A stretch of DNA of 64,000 nt from Candidatus Hydrogenedentota bacterium (GTDB lineage: Bacteria; Hydrogenedentota; Hydrogenedentia; Hydrogenedentales; SLHB01), in the NCBI GenBank assembly GCA_045863295.1, contig BTWA01000003.1, positions 1 through 64,000 of the forward strand. The letters are read 5' to 3'. Below, piece after piece: positions 1 to 9,789 of this stretch. Position numbers and translations under genes: made by a program. Position 1 is the first letter of the stretch. Every line of letters starts with the position of its first letter. The notes below the pieces were generated by a model. That model was not told where the DNA came from, did not search any database, and saw only the letters and a program-made list of their open reading frames with translations.

Positions 1-2
1 AC

Positions 3-422
3 CACGAATTAATCTTCGCCTACGCCAACGGCGTTCAGATGATCTCTGTCACGACCGAAGATTCCAGCCTCTATGGAATCACGTTCGAAGGCAGCGAAGG
101 CACATTGTGGGTGGAAAGCGACACCCTTAAGTCCACACCCGAGACAATTGCCTCGGTCGAGATCGGACCGGATGCCTTGCGGCTGTATGATAGCGACAAT
201 CATCACCTGAATTTTATCGAGTGCATCAAATCCGGTAAAGAATGCGCAGCGCCCATTGACGTGGCGCATTGCTCCGCGAACATCTGTCATGTTGGCATGA
301 TTACGGGGCTTCTGGGGAGAAAGCTTGCATGGGATCCGGTAAAGGAGCAATTCAAGGACGATGCGGAAGCAAATGGCCTGTTGTCGCGTTCCATGCGCGC
401 GCCTTGGTCAGTGGACGCCTAG
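3..422 (+). CDS. Gfo/Idh/MocA family oxidoreductase, C-terminal part (5' truncated by window edge)
   Basis: Frame open from base 3. C-terminus (H..NFIECIK...AHCSANICH...GRKLAWDPVKEQF...SRSMRAPW) is clearly paralogous to the C-terminus of the next gene. Confidence 0.85.
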   Translation, partial: HELIFAYANGVQMISVTTEDSSLYGITFEGSEGTLWVESDTLKSTPETIASVEIGPDALRLYDSDNHHLNFIECIKSGKECAAPIDVAHCSANICHVGMITGLLGRKLAWDPVKEQFKDDAEANGLLSRSMRAPWSVDA

Positions 423-477
423 AGAGAGGTGGCGGATCGCCACATTGGATAGCCAATCAGAGGGAGGGAAAGATTCC

Positions 478-1821
478 GTGGGCAAATTGAAGCGGGTTTC
501 TACAAACAAAGTGCCGTCGCGCCGCCAGTTTCTCAAGGCGGTCACGGCGACAGCCGGCGCCGTGGCGTTTCCGTATATCGTACCGTCGTCGGCGTTGGGA
601 TTGAACGGTACGACTTCGCCCAGCGATCGCATTACCATCGCGTCGATTGGCGTGGGCGGTCAAGGCAAGGCCAACCTGCGTGCCTTCTTGAATCAACCGG
701 ACACGCAGGTGGTGGCTCTGTGCGATGTGGACACCGGCCACCTTGCCGGCGCCAAGGAAATCGTGGAGTCGTTCTACAAAGGCCGGAATGACGTGCCAGA
801 CTACAAGGGCTGTGACACGTACGCGGACTTTCGCGAAGTGCTTGCGCGGCCCGATGTCGATGCGGTCTGTATCTGCACGCCCGATCACTGGCACGCGGTG
901 GTTAGCATTGCCGCCGCGGAAGCGGGCAAAGACATGTATTGCGAAAAGCCCTTGGCAAATACGATTGCCGAAGGCCGCGCTGTAGTCAACGCCATGAAAC
1001 GATACGGCCGGGTGTTTCAGACCGGAAGCCACGAGCGATCCCGAAGCAACGCCCGTTATATGGCGGAATTGGTGCAGAACGGCCGCATTGGCAAACTGCA
1101 TACGATTAAAGTCAACATGCCGATCGACCACTTCCCCATTCCGAACCAGCCTCTCATGGAAGTGCCCAAGGAACTGGACTACGACATGTGGCTCGGGCCC
1201 GCGCCTTGGGCGCCGTATACCGAAAAGCGCTGCCATTTCTTCTTCCGGTATATCCTCGACTATTCCGGCGGCGAGATGAGTGATCGCGGCGCACACATTT
1301 TGGATCTGGCTCAATTCGCACACGGCACGAGCGCATCGGGTCCGATTTCAATTAAGGGCCGGGGCGACTTTCCTTCGGATGGCATATTCGACACGGCAAT
1401 GAAGTTCGAACTGGAGTACGAGTACGCGGATGGCGTCAAGATTATTGCGGACAACGAAGGACCTCGCGGATTGAAGTTCATTGGCTCAGACGGATGGATT
1501 TTTGAGCATGTGCATGGAGGCAATCTGGAGACGAGCCACCCGTCGCTGCTCAAGGAAGTGCTCGGACCCGATGAAATCCATCTCGGCCGTACCGAGAGCC
1601 ACCACCGCAACTTTCTTCAGGCGGTGTATACACGCACGGAACCGTTTGCCCAGGCGGAATACGGACATCGATCGGCCACCATGTGCCACATGGCCAACAT
1701 TGCCATGAAGATCGGCCGAAAACTTCAGTGGGATCCGGAAAAGGAACAATTTGTGAACGACGACACCGCCAACAGCATGCTGGCACGCCCCATGCGCGGA
1801 CCGTGGGGGATCAACGTATGA
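478..1821 (+). CDS. Tat-exported Gfo/Idh/MocA family oxidoreductase
   Basis: GTG start after GGAGGG. Twin-arginine SRRQFLK, Rossmann IGVGGQG, TPDHWH, YCEKP motifs. Confidence 0.92.
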   Translation: MGKLKRVSTNKVPSRRQFLKAVTATAGAVAFPYIVPSSALGLNGTTSPSDRITIASIGVGGQGKANLRAFLNQPDTQVVALCDVDTGHLAGAKEIVESFYKGRNDVPDYKGCDTYADFREVLARPDVDAVCICTPDHWHAVVSIAAAEAGKDMYCEKPLANTIAEGRAVVNAMKRYGRVFQTGSHERSRSNARYMAELVQNGRIGKLHTIKVNMPIDHFPIPNQPLMEVPKELDYDMWLGPAPWAPYTEKRCHFFFRYILDYSGGEMSDRGAHILDLAQFAHGTSASGPISIKGRGDFPSDGIFDTAMKFELEYEYADGVKIIADNEGPRGLKFIGSDGWIFEHVHGGNLETSHPSLLKEVLGPDEIHLGRTESHHRNFLQAVYTRTEPFAQAEYGHRSATMCHMANIAMKIGRKLQWDPEKEQFVNDDTANSMLARPMRGPWGINV

Positions 1822-3815
1822 AGCCGCGGAAACAGAACCGGGACTATCGAACCATGAAGATGATACGAATTGGTGCAGTGTTTTGTGCGGCGGTATCTAT
1901 CTTGTCTGCTTGGGCAGAGCCACTTCCGGAACGGCCCATCGACGCAATACTGGAAGACGCCAAGTCCTACGAATTCGGGAATGACCGCACGGCACTATCT
2001 GAACTGGAGCAGGCGGTGTTTGCATCCGCTGGCGATGCCGAAGCTAGTGCCGAGCTTGCCGGCAAGCTGGCCAAGTATCTCTCGGACGATGTCTCGCTGG
2101 AAACGAAACGTTTCGTGGTACGGCAATTGCGCCTAATTGGGACTGAGGACACCGTGCCCGCGTTGAAGGCTCTCCTGAAGGACGATGAGTTGTGTCACCT
2201 TGCGACGTACGCATTGGGGTCGATTGAGGGCGACAAGGCAACGGATGCGCTGACTTGGGGCTTAGGTAAAGCGCGGGCACAGGATAAAGCCGGTATTGCG
2301 TCCGTGCTGGGTGCACGCGGATCCGACAAAGCCGTCGCCGGATTGAGAAAGGCGCTTAAAAACAACGACTTGGAAGTGAAACGGGCAGTCGCCAGCGCAC
2401 TCGGCACCATTGGCGGGGCGAAGGCAATGGCGGTGTTGCTGGAGGCGCACAAGAAGGCTCAAGGCGACGCCCGCAAGACGATCGAAGATGGCCTTATAAC
2501 TGGGGCCAAAGGCCTATTGGCTTCCGGCGAAACGGCCGAGGCGGATGGCATTTATAGTGTGTTGTATGAAGGTTCGGAAGCGGCCGGCGTCAAGTCTGCC
2601 GCACTGACAGGTATCGCCAATACACGCGGTGCAGAGGCGCTTCCCGTACTGGCAGCCGCGATCGATTCCGGAGATGCATACATGGTGCAGGTCGCGCTGG
2701 ATGCGCTGCAGTCGATTGACGGCCCGGGGATAACCGGCGCACTGATGGAACGCATGGGTAAATTCGGCCCGGACGCCGACGTGCTGATACTCAAGACTCT
2801 GGCGCTTCGGGGCGACGTTGCCGCGCGTGGCACTGCGGTCGCCGCGGCGGCCAATCCCGATGCCCGCGTGCGTATGGCGGGACTGGACGCGCTCAGTGCG
2901 CTGGGCGATGCCTCATCGCTCGGTGTTTTGTTGGATGGTCTTGTAAAGGGTGAGCGCATGGAACAGGAAGCCGCCAGATTCACCCTCTCAGTGCTGCCTG
3001 GCGACAACGTGAATCGCGGGCTGATTGATACGATAAACGCGGCGACCGACACACGGATACGCGCGGAAGCCATCCGCGCGCTCGGCTCAAGAGACGCCCA
3101 GGAAGCGATTCCCATGCTGTTTCAGCTCGGGTCCACCAAAGATGCGGACGGACGGGGGGTTGCCCTCGACACGTTGGGCGTGCTCTGCGGCGCGGATCAT
3201 CTCCAGGACCTGATTGACTTGTTGGTCAAGGTGAATGGCCAAGACGTCCAAGCCAACGCGGAAAAGGCTGTTGTCGAAGTGGCGACCAAAATCCCCATGG
3301 ATCAAGAACCGGCAAAAGCTCTCGTGGCTGCGCTAGCGTCAGCAGGCGCCAAGGCAACGGAGTTGAGTGCATCGCTGCTGAGTGTCATCGGGCGCGTGGG
3401 CGATGCAAGCGCATTGGACGAAGTCCGCGCGGCGGCAGGCGGAGATAGCAAACCAGTGCAACGCGCGGCGGTGCAGGCCTTGACCGAATGGCCCACGCCG
3501 GATACGGTGGCTGACTTGGCCAGCATTGCGGAAACGTCCAAGGAAGACGACCTGAAGGCGACAGCGTTACAAGGTCTGCTGCAGCAACTGAGAGTGGCAA
3601 GCACCCGTAGTGCAGACGACACGCTGGCGTTGTACCAACGGGCTATCGCTTTGGCGGGAACGGCGGACAACCGTAAAGCCATCTTGGCCGGTCTCGGAAA
3701 CATTCCTGACGCAAAGGCGTTGGCGCTAATTGAGCCGTTTATGAACGATCCTGAGGTAAAGAACGAAGCACACCAGGCCGCCGAGAAAGTGCGTGCTGCC
3801 ACGAAACCTCAGTAA
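1818..3815 (+). CDS. Secreted HEAT/PBS-lyase repeat protein
   Basis: ATGA overlap with the upstream stop, Sec-like signal peptide, many Ala/Leu-rich helical repeats (VKRAVASALGTIGG, VRMAGLDALSALGD, IRAEAIRALGSRDA). The start could be 1854. Confidence 0.85.
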   Translation: MKPRKQNRDYRTMKMIRIGAVFCAAVSILSAWAEPLPERPIDAILEDAKSYEFGNDRTALSELEQAVFASAGDAEASAELAGKLAKYLSDDVSLETKRFVVRQLRLIGTEDTVPALKALLKDDELCHLATYALGSIEGDKATDALTWGLGKARAQDKAGIASVLGARGSDKAVAGLRKALKNNDLEVKRAVASALGTIGGAKAMAVLLEAHKKAQGDARKTIEDGLITGAKGLLASGETAEADGIYSVLYEGSEAAGVKSAALTGIANTRGAEALPVLAAAIDSGDAYMVQVALDALQSIDGPGITGALMERMGKFGPDADVLILKTLALRGDVAARGTAVAAAANPDARVRMAGLDALSALGDASSLGVLLDGLVKGERMEQEAARFTLSVLPGDNVNRGLIDTINAATDTRIRAEAIRALGSRDAQEAIPMLFQLGSTKDADGRGVALDTLGVLCGADHLQDLIDLLVKVNGQDVQANAEKAVVEVATKIPMDQEPAKALVAALASAGAKATELSASLLSVIGRVGDASALDEVRAAAGGDSKPVQRAAVQALTEWPTPDTVADLASIAETSKEDDLKATALQGLLQQLRVASTRSADDTLALYQRAIALAGTADNRKAILAGLGNIPDAKALALIEPFMNDPEVKNEAHQAAEKVRAATKPQ

Positions 3816-3846
3816 TCAGGGTCACTTTGTACCGTAGTGTAGCAAT

Positions 3847-3892
3847 CGCCCCTTCTGTGTTACGATGGAAGTCAGCACGGAAGGGGCGTTTT
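3847..3892 (+). terminator. Rho-independent terminator
   Basis: Stem CGCCCCTTCTGTG / CACGGAAGGGGCG followed by TTTT, 32 nt after the HEAT gene stop. Confidence 0.65.
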
Positions 3893-3960
3893 GTGTCTGG
3901 CCTAGCCGTGGACGTGGATAGTTAGGCAAACGGAACGCGTTCGCATCTGGGGACCAAGCA

Positions 3961-5142
3961 ATGAGTTCGCAGCGGCCATCCGACGCTCCCGCGCCCCGCA
4001 AAGACCTGAGTCAAGGGTCTTCCTGGGCCGACCGGGAAAAGGAACTGCTTTTCAGCGACGGGGTAACTCCGTCGCCCCCGGCCGCATCCTCGTCAAAATC
4101 TGTCAGCGCTCAGCCACCCGCCGATCCTATCCCCCCGCGGGAACGCCCGGCTTCAACCCAAGCCAAAAGCGGATCCGGTGACGATCGGAAACGCCGCAAA
4201 GTGAAACCGCAGTACGATGCCGGTGAATTGATTGCGGAACGCTATGAAGTCGTACAAATGCTGGGCCATGGCGGCATGGGCATTGTGTACAAAGTGCGAG
4301 ATATGCAGACCGACCAGATTCTTGCGCTCAAGACCCTGTTGCCCCAATACACGTCTCACAAACAGGCCGTGAACCGATTCATGCGTGAAATCACCGCCGC
4401 ACGGCAACTGGACCATCCCTGCATCGTCAAGGTGTTCGATGCGCAGAAGACCGATACTCACCTTTTCTACACCATGGAGTTCCTTGAAGGCACAAGCCTG
4501 TTCAAGTGGATGAAGAAGCGCGGCCAGATGGGTCTCGGATCTGTGGTGCGCGTGCTGACCCTTTTGTGCAAGGCACTGGAACACGCGCACCAAGTCACAG
4601 TGCACCGCGATCTATCGCCCGACAACGTGATGATACTCAAGGACGGAACCATAAAGCTGGTCGACTTCGGACTTGCCAAGCTGACCAATGTAGAATCTAA
4701 TTTCACCATGATCGGCGTCAGCCTGGGCAAGCAACAATATATGGCGCCGGAACAGCGCATCAGCGCCGCCGAAGTGGATCACCGCGCGGATCTGTATTCG
4801 CTCGGCGTGATGTTTCACGAGATGCTGACTGGCGAACTGCCGCAGGACGGTGTGAAAATTACGAAATTACGCCCCGACTTGCCCAAAGAATCCGAGGCGT
4901 TTCTGAAGAAAGCGCTCGCATTCGACGCCAATGAGCGCTTTTCCGATGCGCGCGAATTCCGGCATGCGCTCGCAAAGCTGTACGAAGCCCATTCCGGCAA
5001 AGCAATCCCGGTGGAAGAATCGCCGCGCCCCCTGTTGGATGAAGCCACCCCACCTCCACCCGTGGCGCCGGTTGCGTCAGTCGCGCCCCGCGGTTGGGTT
5101 GCTCGCATACAGGCGTGGATACGTCGACGGCTGGTGCGATAG
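3961..5142 (+). CDS. Hanks-type Ser/Thr protein kinase, cytoplasmic
   Basis: LGHGGMGIVY, ALK, HRDLSPDN, DFG, YMAPE, DLYSLG motifs. Pro/Ser-rich N-terminus and no clear TM segment. Confidence 0.93.
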   Translation: MSSQRPSDAPAPRKDLSQGSSWADREKELLFSDGVTPSPPAASSSKSVSAQPPADPIPPRERPASTQAKSGSGDDRKRRKVKPQYDAGELIAERYEVVQMLGHGGMGIVYKVRDMQTDQILALKTLLPQYTSHKQAVNRFMREITAARQLDHPCIVKVFDAQKTDTHLFYTMEFLEGTSLFKWMKKRGQMGLGSVVRVLTLLCKALEHAHQVTVHRDLSPDNVMILKDGTIKLVDFGLAKLTNVESNFTMIGVSLGKQQYMAPEQRISAAEVDHRADLYSLGVMFHEMLTGELPQDGVKITKLRPDLPKESEAFLKKALAFDANERFSDAREFRHALAKLYEAHSGKAIPVEESPRPLLDEATPPPPVAPVASVAPRGWVARIQAWIRRRLVR

Positions 5143-5151
5143 CGTGAACCG

Positions 5152-6621
5152 TCACGCTTCGTCAATGCCCAGTGAGTCGAAACGCCAGTCCGAAACCGGC
5201 GTTAGGGCGTCAAAATCGGGTAGCGTCGCAACGCCGTATCCTGCGCACTGAAGCGATCCCAGCGCGATTCGTCCTTCACGTATCCGCAGCCGTGCACTGC
5301 GGCCAAAGGCGTCGTACAGATCCGGGTGATGCTTCAAGACGCTATCCGCTTCTTGCTTGGACACATGATCCAACGTTCCAACGTAATGGTGTCCGTTTCG
5401 CTCCGCGTGCACCACGCCTATCACACTCAACGTACACAAATCTTGCTGCAGGGGAACAATGGGCTGGTTGCACAAATCCTCGCCGCTCAGGAGGTAGCCG
5501 CCGCCTCGCGTGCCGTTAAAATGGTCGACGAGCAATTTGTTGAGAATTCCTTGAAAAACGCCCTTGCAGTTTTTCACGCTGGTACCGCGGTACCCGAGTT
5601 CGGCCGCGCGGCAAAACGAATCGAGGCTATCGTCCGATTCGTCAATGAGCAAAGGAGGCATACTGGCATGAATGCCGCCAGTTAGCGGCACGGACAGCGC
5701 CACGCTTCGTTCCAGCGGTTGTTCGACAAACAAGACTCGGGACAAGAGTTCGCGCAACTTGGGCCTAGCATTCACCGCCGCAGACCATTCCTCCAGCTGG
5801 CCGGGCGATTTGAATTGTTCATTGCCATCCAGCGTCAGCCGGTAGTCCAAAGGCGCCGATTCGGCAAGCAAACCGGCAATCGACTCCAACCGGGCAATGT
5901 CCACATCGGGGTTGCCCTGAATCTTTATCTTGAAGTAATGCACGCCAAATTCCCGTACCCAGGCCTCAAGACTTTGGGGAATGCCGTCATTTATCCGATC
6001 TGAATCGGCGACTTCCGCTTCACGAATTGGATCGCCAAGTCCGACTGTATGGCGAACCGCCACCTGCTTTAACGGTTCATCCGCGAATCCTTCGCTGACG
6101 TTCGTGTGCGCCAACGCAGGATGGATCGCCCCGGGATCTATTGCGAATCCGTTGGACTTCACCATGGTGTGGAAATCCGTCCCGGAGAGGCGGCAAGCCG
6201 CATCCATCAAGGCGCGTTCTATGATGGATGACCCAAACGAGGCTGTGAGCCCATTCAGGCCAAAAGGAACTGCCTCTTCCCGTACTTGCGCATACGCAGC
6301 CGCCCAGGCGAGAAATACGGGAACGGGCTCGGCCGTGACGTCAGTATAGGCTCGCGCTCCGAGCCGGGCCGCCGTAAGGAGGTCTTGAATGTTGTCTGCA
6401 TAGGATTTCTCGGGCGACTTGTCAAACCACTTCGGCGGTAACATGTCGGCGCTGGTACCGAAGACTTCTTTTCCCGATGAATCCGTTGCAGCCAATTTCA
6501 CATGCAACAAGGGGGCGGCCACAAGGCACGCTTTTCCATAACGAAAGGGCAGCCTGAGGCGGACATTTCGCATATAGAATTCTATCGAGTTGATGGACAA
6601 CAACACTGGCGAATCCGCCAT
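5152..6621 (-). CDS. Enolase superfamily (mandelate racemase/muconate lactonizing-like) protein of unknown substrate
   Basis: FKIK, LDGNE, VEQP, IDESD and KNCKG match the enolase-superfamily barrel ligand pattern. N-terminal RLPF capping domain. Confidence 0.75.
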   Translation of the reverse strand: MADSPVLLSINSIEFYMRNVRLRLPFRYGKACLVAAPLLHVKLAATDSSGKEVFGTSADMLPPKWFDKSPEKSYADNIQDLLTAARLGARAYTDVTAEPVPVFLAWAAAYAQVREEAVPFGLNGLTASFGSSIIERALMDAACRLSGTDFHTMVKSNGFAIDPGAIHPALAHTNVSEGFADEPLKQVAVRHTVGLGDPIREAEVADSDRINDGIPQSLEAWVREFGVHYFKIKIQGNPDVDIARLESIAGLLAESAPLDYRLTLDGNEQFKSPGQLEEWSAAVNARPKLRELLSRVLFVEQPLERSVALSVPLTGGIHASMPPLLIDESDDSLDSFCRAAELGYRGTSVKNCKGVFQGILNKLLVDHFNGTRGGGYLLSGEDLCNQPIVPLQQDLCTLSVIGVVHAERNGHHYVGTLDHVSKQEADSVLKHHPDLYDAFGRSARLRIREGRIALGSLQCAGYGVATLPDFDALTPVSDWRFDSLGIDEA

Positions 6622-6747
6622 GTTCGTAGGCTCCCGTTGTGACTAGCGAAAATTGCCGCGTCTACACTCACTGTTGCGCGCGCGACCCGTCATTGATTAG
6701 GGTAACGGAATGCGCGGTAACATTCACCATTTCCGGGGAGATCGAAC

Positions 6748-7758
6748 GTGAGTCAACCGTCCTTACGCACAACCGTCGTCGGCAGTTACCCGATACCATC
6801 GTGGCTCGCGGCGTATCCGTCAACGCCCAATTTGCGCGATGCGATCATGGTCGTATTGAAAACACAGGAATTGGCCCGGGTGGATGTCATTGCCGACGGC
6901 GAGTTGTCTCGGTTCGACGTCAACCACCCGGAAACCAACGGCATGATCGAATACTTCGTCCGCCCATTGCAGGGCATCGATCGCCAGTGGACCCGGGAGG
7001 AACTGAACGCGTTTCGCGCACAGGCGGGCATGGGATTTCGCACGCAACCGGCAGCCGTGGTGCGCGGCCCCATTGGCGAAGGGACGCTCACACTTGCTGC
7101 AGACTTTGCCCGGGTCCGGGGGCTAACCCACGCGCCGCTGAAATTCACCGTGACCAGTCCATACATGCTTGCCAAGACTCTCCTCGATTGTCATTACCGA
7201 GATCGGGAGGCTCTGCTCATGGCGCTGGCCGACGCGTTGCACGCCCAAGTAACTGCCATCGACGCCGACGTGCTGCAAGTCGACGAAGCGAATCTTCCGG
7301 GTGCGCCGGAAGATGGCCTCCTTGCCGCAAAAGCGATAAACCGGGTGCTTTCTGCCGCGAAAAGGGGTAAAGCCGTACATTTGTGCTTTGGCAACTACGG
7401 CGGTCAATCCATTCAACGCGGCGATTATGAAGCATTACTTCCCTTCTTGAACGCCCTGGAATGCGACCATCTGGTGCTGGAATTCGCGCGGCGGCAGTTC
7501 AAAGAATTGGATCTAATGAAGGAATTAAAGCAATCCATATCGCTGGGCGTCGGTGTCATTGATATCAAGGACAATGAAATCGAATCCGCGGAAGTCGTCG
7601 CCCGGCGCATTGAGCACTGTACAACCATTTTGGGGGCAGAGCGAATTCAATGGATTCATCCGGATTGCGGATTCTGGATGCTGCCGCGCAATGTGGCGGA
7701 CGGCAAGATGAGGGCCATGGCGGAAGGCCGTGATCTGTATCTCGGAATCAAGTTGTGA
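6748..7758 (+). CDS. Cobalamin-independent methionine synthase II family protein (single-barrel, Zn-binding)
   Basis: TTVVGSYP, ADGE..R, QVDE, HLCFGN, LEF, HPDCG motifs. Only 336 aa. Confidence 0.88.
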   Translation: MSQPSLRTTVVGSYPIPSWLAAYPSTPNLRDAIMVVLKTQELARVDVIADGELSRFDVNHPETNGMIEYFVRPLQGIDRQWTREELNAFRAQAGMGFRTQPAAVVRGPIGEGTLTLAADFARVRGLTHAPLKFTVTSPYMLAKTLLDCHYRDREALLMALADALHAQVTAIDADVLQVDEANLPGAPEDGLLAAKAINRVLSAAKRGKAVHLCFGNYGGQSIQRGDYEALLPFLNALECDHLVLEFARRQFKELDLMKELKQSISLGVGVIDIKDNEIESAEVVARRIEHCTTILGAERIQWIHPDCGFWMLPRNVADGKMRAMAEGRDLYLGIKL

Positions 7759-7775
7759 CTGTGTTCTGATTGGAA

Positions 7776-8852
7776 TCAGCGGTTTGTTTCGGCGGGACCG
7801 ATGGCCGTATCAATACACGCATAGGCTGAATTACGGAGTTCATCTGGAAACTCGTGTTCGCAATCCGGGTAACGGACCTCCAATCGGTCCGCGGCCTGTA
7901 ACAGAGCGTACACGGGTTTCGCGGCATCCACGCAGTCGCGCACACCGGTCCAGTCGAAATTGTCGTCGCGCATGGGCGCATTGATGAACACGGCCCTTGG
8001 CGCCAGACTCGCCAACACTTCCGTGAAATCAAACGGCATTTTCGCAGGGTCTTTTCCAAAGTCAGTTGCAATGCGGGGCATGTAGCCATTGTGACTCCAC
8101 CCCGTAAGATTCCCGCCGTAGTACTTGGAAAAACTGCAAAAGCCGCAACTTGTGACTATGCACTGAATGCGTTCGTCGAACAACCCAAGAAACAACGAAT
8201 TGTGGCCACCCAGGGAGTGGCCTATGGCCCCAATTCGGCCGCTATCCACTTCGGACAGCGAAACCAAGTAGTCCACACATCGCTTATGGTTCCAGATTGC
8301 TTTCATGGTAGTGCTTGCGTACCCCAAGGCATAGGGGTCCACTTTGTATTCGCCCATATTTGGATAATCCGGCGCAATTACCACGTAACCACGTTCGGCC
8401 AGTTCATGGCCATAGTCCAGTGTCGTACTTTCGGCAAGACCTGCCACTTCATCCTTTCCGTGAACGGAGGTTTGGTGTAGACAGACCATGGCGGGCCGGC
8501 GACTCGTTCCCTTTTTGGGTATAAGGAGATACACAGGGAGTCTGTCGCCCGCCTCAACGGCAATGGTCATCTTGCGGCGCACGTACGACCCCATGTCCAT
8601 ATCGGGATCCGCAACCGGATCGAAAGGCACTTCCTTTTCCTTACCGGGGAATGGACCGGCCACCTTCTGCACGTTTTCCAGAATATGGTTTCGGCGATTG
8701 GCCCAGTCTTGTGCCGTGGTGACCGGCGTCGCCGAACCGTCCGCCGCCCGATAGGTGAGCAAATTCGACTTGTCCGCATAGAACGGCGTTTCAGCCAGCG
8801 CGCCGGTCGCGGCAATAAGCAAGGCAATGCGGCATATCGAGTGCATGGTCAA
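7776..8852 (-). CDS. Secreted alpha/beta hydrolase (dienelactone hydrolase/acetylxylan esterase-like)
   Basis: Signal peptide, GHSLGG nucleophile elbow, LAPRAVF, C-terminal HEFP. Confidence 0.85.
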   Translation of the reverse strand: MTMHSICRIALLIAATGALAETPFYADKSNLLTYRAADGSATPVTTAQDWANRRNHILENVQKVAGPFPGKEKEVPFDPVADPDMDMGSYVRRKMTIAVEAGDRLPVYLLIPKKGTSRRPAMVCLHQTSVHGKDEVAGLAESTTLDYGHELAERGYVVIAPDYPNMGEYKVDPYALGYASTTMKAIWNHKRCVDYLVSLSEVDSGRIGAIGHSLGGHNSLFLGLFDERIQCIVTSCGFCSFSKYYGGNLTGWSHNGYMPRIATDFGKDPAKMPFDFTEVLASLAPRAVFINAPMRDDNFDWTGVRDCVDAAKPVYALLQAADRLEVRYPDCEHEFPDELRNSAYACIDTAIGPAETNR

Positions 8853-8950
8853 TCCTCGCAGATGTAGAGTGCTTTCCGGTCGCGTAAAACAGTATCATGT
8901 TCAGGCATTAGGTGCACAACGACCGGGCCTTTGGCAAGGGGAATGCGAGC

Positions 8951-9787
8951 ATGGACCGTTTTCGTCAATTTGCATGGGTGGCCGCGTTGACAGTTGGGTT
9001 GGTTGTACAGGCCCACGCCAACGGAAAATATGTGGAAAAGTCGGATGAGACCAAGCAGTTGTTCAACGGGAAGGACCTCACCGGCTGGTACACCTTTATC
9101 CGGGATCGCGGGCGTGACGCGGACCCCAAATCGGTATTCACCGTTCAGGACGGCATGATCCGGATTTCGGGTGAGGAATGGGGATGCATCACTACCAACG
9201 AAGAGTTCGAGAATTACCATCTCATTACCGAGTTCAAATGGGGCCAGATCGCCCATCCTCCGCGCGAAAACAAGGCCCGCGACAGCGGGATACTGGTACA
9301 TTCCCAAGGTGACGATGGAGCCTACAGCGGGATTTGGATGCATTCCATTGAAATCCAGCTCATCGAGGGCGGCACAGGCGACCTGCTGGTCGTCGGAGAC
9401 AAGACTGAGAATTTTCAGCTGACCGCCCACGTGGCCGCTGAAAAAGACAACGGCACCTGGGTTTATAAACAAGACGGTCAGCCGCAGACCATTCTCGGAG
9501 GCCGAATCAACTGGTGGGGACGCGATCCCGACTGGAAGGATGAAATCAACTTCCGCGGCAAGCAGGATGTAGAATTTCCTGTGGGTGAATGGAATCGCCT
9601 CGAGTGCATTGTTGTCGATGGCACGATAACGGTGGTGTTAAACGGGGTAAAGGTAAACGAATGCTTCAACGTGAAACCCACCAAAGGCCGAATTCAGGTG
9701 CAGTCCGAGGCCGCCGAAATCTTTCTGCGGAAGGTCGAACTCGTACCCATTGAACTAACCGATCCGGAAGGTAATGGCGGCGAATAA
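8951..9787 (+). CDS. DUF1080 (3-keto-disaccharide hydrolase-like) secreted protein
   Basis: Signal peptide. LFNGKDLTGW, DSGILVH, EIQLIE, GEWN, GRIQVQSE motifs. Confidence 0.9.
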   Translation: MDRFRQFAWVAALTVGLVVQAHANGKYVEKSDETKQLFNGKDLTGWYTFIRDRGRDADPKSVFTVQDGMIRISGEEWGCITTNEEFENYHLITEFKWGQIAHPPRENKARDSGILVHSQGDDGAYSGIWMHSIEIQLIEGGTGDLLVVGDKTENFQLTAHVAAEKDNGTWVYKQDGQPQTILGGRINWWGRDPDWKDEINFRGKQDVEFPVGEWNRLECIVVDGTITVVLNGVKVNECFNVKPTKGRIQVQSEAAEIFLRKVELVPIELTDPEGNGGE

Positions 9788-9789
9788 TC

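Noticed and set aside
6748..7758. Naming the gene metE
   Set aside because: It is about half the length of MetE and lacks the N-terminal barrel, so the function is not assured.
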